This document shows positions 61,276 to 64,000 of a stretch of DNA of 64,000 nt, one piece after another. The stretch covers positions 21,303 to 85,302 of IMG/VR virus record IMGVR_UViG_3300034158_000010; one strand, given 5' to 3'. The notes beneath the pieces were generated by a model. That model searched no databases and was not told where the DNA came from. It saw nothing but the letters and a program-made list of their open reading frames with translations. Each line of letters starts with the position of its first letter. Position 1 is the first letter of the stretch. Position numbers and translations under genes: made by a program. The DNA is from a virus.

Positions 61276-62361
61276 TCATTTTTCTTTTATGTCGCTGATC
61301 AACTCTTGAACCTGTTTCTTAAACGTCTTAACAAATTCTGTACTGCCCATCGAATTGAAGATCTGATCATTGGAACCATCAATAAGGTCAATCATGATTC
61401 GGTTAAGTTGCGAGGCATCATAACCATGATTGCGTAGGACCATACGTACTAAGTATCTCACCTCTGCTAATCGAGCCAATGTGATTACCCATTGGTTCTG
61501 GTAAGTTACGGGTTCACGCGGTAACTCCATCACTTGGAACAAGTTAGATTTCACCAGCATTGGAGTAATCCAAGCCAATCCCTCAACTTCAATCCCTTTG
61601 ATAATAGCCTCGAAGTTAATCGATGCTTCTAAGCGCTCCAGACGAGGTGTAAGGTCGGTTAGATAGAAAGGGTGGGACAATGGGAAGGTTGGAGTCTTAA
61701 TGCCTTGAGAGGACCGATCCAAGCGGTTAAAGAAAGCGATGTCTAAGAAGCTATCGATCATGTTAGGTAGGACGTAACTACCCACGAAACGGTAAGAGTT
61801 CTCAAACTGAACTACCCCAAGAGATTCCTGCCAACGACGCCAGTAACGATACTGAACCATCAACATGGGAATGTTAATACTGATCACCCCATAGGAACGA
61901 CCGGGCGTGGTATTGTTCATAATGGGTAGGGTACAATCTGTACGCGTGTGGTACAGATACTTCACTGGGGTAAGTTCACGCCAGCGTTTACCAATGTTGT
62001 TCATGTCAAACTTTTCAAAGCTGGCCATCACACATTCTTCAGACTGCGGTCCTAGGGTAATACCCTTTGGATGGATGCGTCCTTTATTAATAGGTGTGGT
62101 AATGCCAAACTCTTTCATGAAGCCACGAGCATAGCGTTCAACTTGGTTAGCCCACTCAGGATCATCAACCTTGGTGTTGATTACAAACTGCTGAATGATC
62201 AACGCAAACATGTTCTTTGAATCGACGTACTTCGGATTACGGTTGTAGTACTGCTTAACGTCTTTGATTAACGTAGCATACTGTGCCCGCACGTACTTCA
62301 GGTTTGGATCTAAGGTTTGACCTAGCAAGCGGGTGGGTCTATCCCGGAAGAGTGCGTACAT
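61276..62361 (-). CDS. Conserved phiKZ-family protein (gp52-like)
   Basis: 361 aa, INIPML..QY..W, YVLPNM; synteny. Confidence 0.6.
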   Translation of the reverse strand: MYALFRDRPTRLLGQTLDPNLKYVRAQYATLIKDVKQYYNRNPKYVDSKNMFALIIQQFVINTKVDDPEWANQVERYARGFMKEFGITTPINKGRIHPKGITLGPQSEECVMASFEKFDMNNIGKRWRELTPVKYLYHTRTDCTLPIMNNTTPGRSYGVISINIPMLMVQYRYWRRWQESLGVVQFENSYRFVGSYVLPNMIDSFLDIAFFNRLDRSSQGIKTPTFPLSHPFYLTDLTPRLERLEASINFEAIIKGIEVEGLAWITPMLVKSNLFQVMELPREPVTYQNQWVITLARLAEVRYLVRMVLRNHGYDASQLNRIMIDLIDGSNDQIFNSMGSTEFVKTFKKQVQELISDIKEK

Positions 62362-62447
62362 ACTTGAGTCCTGTTGATTTATAGATAAACATAGAATGTG
62401 TTGTCGCAGTATAACATTAATCCTTCCTTTATATGCAATAGATTTTA

Positions 62448-62470
62448 TTTCAAGTTTATATCATGGCTGT
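62448..62470 (+). promoter_or_regulatory. Early promoter, TATATCAT variant
   Basis: tttcaagttTATATCAT. Confidence 0.7.
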
Positions 62471-62491
62471 ACACTAACAGAGGGCTTGACC

Positions 62492-63038
62492 ATGACAGTT
62501 AAGAACACCATCTTAGATATCAGTAAGACTGAAGCTACCTTTGGTTGGAACTGGCCACCCCGTTCACCATTGAACCTGATTAAGTTTGATGAGGCAATGA
62601 CGCGACTGGTGCATAAAGTGCGCGATAGCAAAACCCTCGTCAGTATCGTTGTAACTACCACCGGAGAATACTGATGACCGTACATCTAATCATGCTCCCT
62701 ACTTTCCGTGGGTGTCTGTATAACCCGCTGAACAAAGACGGTAACACCATCAACTGGATTAATTGGGAACGAGCCGTTGACCGCTTGGCCAACAAACTGG
62801 CGAGTGGTTCTACCATTACTCGTATCTTCGTTAAGTCTGTAGGAGCTGCACAATGACTACTAAATCACTGCTGGTCGACATCAATGATCGTTTCGTAGAT
62901 ACTGGTTGGGATTCGCCAAAGGTACAACCCTTTAACTGGCGTGACTATGAAGCCAGTGTTGATCGACTGGTTACTAAAGTACGTGGACCAAACACCATCA
63001 CCCGCGTTGTCGTTACTACCACTGGGGAAGTTGAATGA
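62492..63038 (+). other. Three tandem ~60-aa paralogues (62492-62674, 62674-62856, 62853-63038)
   Basis: Shared N.....(A/S)..RL..K.....T...h.V...G. Confidence 0.75.
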
Positions 63039-63311
63039 GTCCTGAACTGATAGAGTTCCAATCCCGTAGTCGACTCAACCGTCCACCTTCCCAAGCTAAG
63101 GTTATACCGATTGAAGCACTACTTGAGAAAAAAGATACTGGCAATAACAATGTGGTAGAGGAAACTGCCGTCAAGGTAATTCCTACCGCTTAACTTATTC
63201 CCTGATAAACTTAAGGAATACTTTTTGTGGTATGTTATGTAATGCACAAACTGTGTTACACCAACAGGCAAATATTGCCTGATACATGGTTTATTGTGTT
63301 GCGGAGGTTAA

Positions 63312-63899
63312 ATGATAGGCGTATATTTTATCCGTCATCCCACCGGTCCGTTCTACGTTGGTCAAACAAAACAGTTTGGTACGCGACGTAGTCAGCATAG
63401 GCGTAAGCTTGAACAGGGTATACATCCTGCTGAAAAATTACAAACTGCATTCACTGCAAATCCAACACTTGAGTGGGAATTTATTCCAACCACAGATGTG
63501 GCAGAAGCTCAAGCATTGGAGGACTACCATCTGACAATAGGTATCGATGATCCTAACTGTGCGAACAAGTACGGTAATGGTGGCGTTAATCCTAGAGTAG
63601 ATGGACACACCGGAATAACTCAATCTAGGGAAACTGTTGAAAAAAGAGCAGCTAAATTGAGAGGTAGCACCATGACCGATCAAGCTCGACTAAACATATC
63701 GAGTGGACATCGTGAAAGTGATAAGGTCAAAGCCCATATGGCTAGACTTCAAGAAGCCGGTAAGCGCAAGGTTGTAGTGGATGGAGTTGTTTACGATAGT
63801 GTAAAAACTACCGCAGATGCCTACAGTATACATTCGGCCACCGTTTTACAACGCATTAATAGCAATAGTGATAGGTTCAGCTCTTGGACTTATTACTAG
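63312..63899 (+). CDS. Free-standing GIY-YIG homing endonuclease
   Basis: GVY...FYVGQT...R...H...L...H; basic NUMOD-like repeats; C-terminal V.VDG..YDS...A HTH. Confidence 0.88.
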   Translation: MIGVYFIRHPTGPFYVGQTKQFGTRRSQHRRKLEQGIHPAEKLQTAFTANPTLEWEFIPTTDVAEAQALEDYHLTIGIDDPNCANKYGNGGVNPRVDGHTGITQSRETVEKRAAKLRGSTMTDQARLNISSGHRESDKVKAHMARLQEAGKRKVVVDGVVYDSVKTTADAYSIHSATVLQRINSNSDRFSSWTYY

Positions 63900-63905
63900 A
63901 AAAGA

Positions 63906-63930
63906 TTTGAGATTTATATTACTAAGGTGA
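63906..63930 (+). promoter_or_regulatory. Early promoter for gene beyond window (chimallin region by recalled synteny)
   Basis: tttgagattTATATTAC. Confidence 0.8.
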
Positions 63931-64000
63931 ATCTGATAATCAGATGCACTAGTAACAATTACTTGATCAAGTAATAAAACCACCTTTAAAGGAAAGTACC

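Noticed and set aside
95-61290. Recurrent hairpin/GGCATAA elements as a CRISPR array or attC sites
   Set aside because: Dispersed at gene ends with variable stems, no regular spacers, and no cas or integrase gene
1-64000. Stop-codon reassignment
   Set aside because: Core genes are intact under code 11, all three stops are used, and there is no suppressor tRNA

Overview
A 64-kb segment of a phiKZ-like, nucleus-forming jumbo phage (Chimalliviridae-type). The PhuZ sequence closely resembles, from recall, that of Pseudomonas phage 201phi2-1. Core genes in phiKZ-like order: nrdB, nrdA, DHFR, large terminase, three minus-strand virion/baseplate genes, tail sheath and tube, PhuZ tubulin, one half of the split family-B DNA polymerase, and a free-standing GIY-YIG endonuclease at the right end. 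The left end has a kelch-repeat gene, three tRNAs (Trp, Asn, Tyr) and two tRNA-like oddities. Blocks of small plus-strand early genes, many of them tandem paralogues, lie between core genes behind TTT-n6-TATATTAC/TATATCAT early promoters. The most unusual signals are non-coding: short TATG-promoter-to-terminator units (one carrying the antisense of a complete ribosome-binding site), a tRNA mimic with long acceptor and anticodon arms, a two-tier terminator grammar, and a duplicated ~80-nt element flanking the kelch gene. No CRISPR array, rRNA or IS element was seen. Homology calls come from motif recognition and recalled synteny, not database searches.
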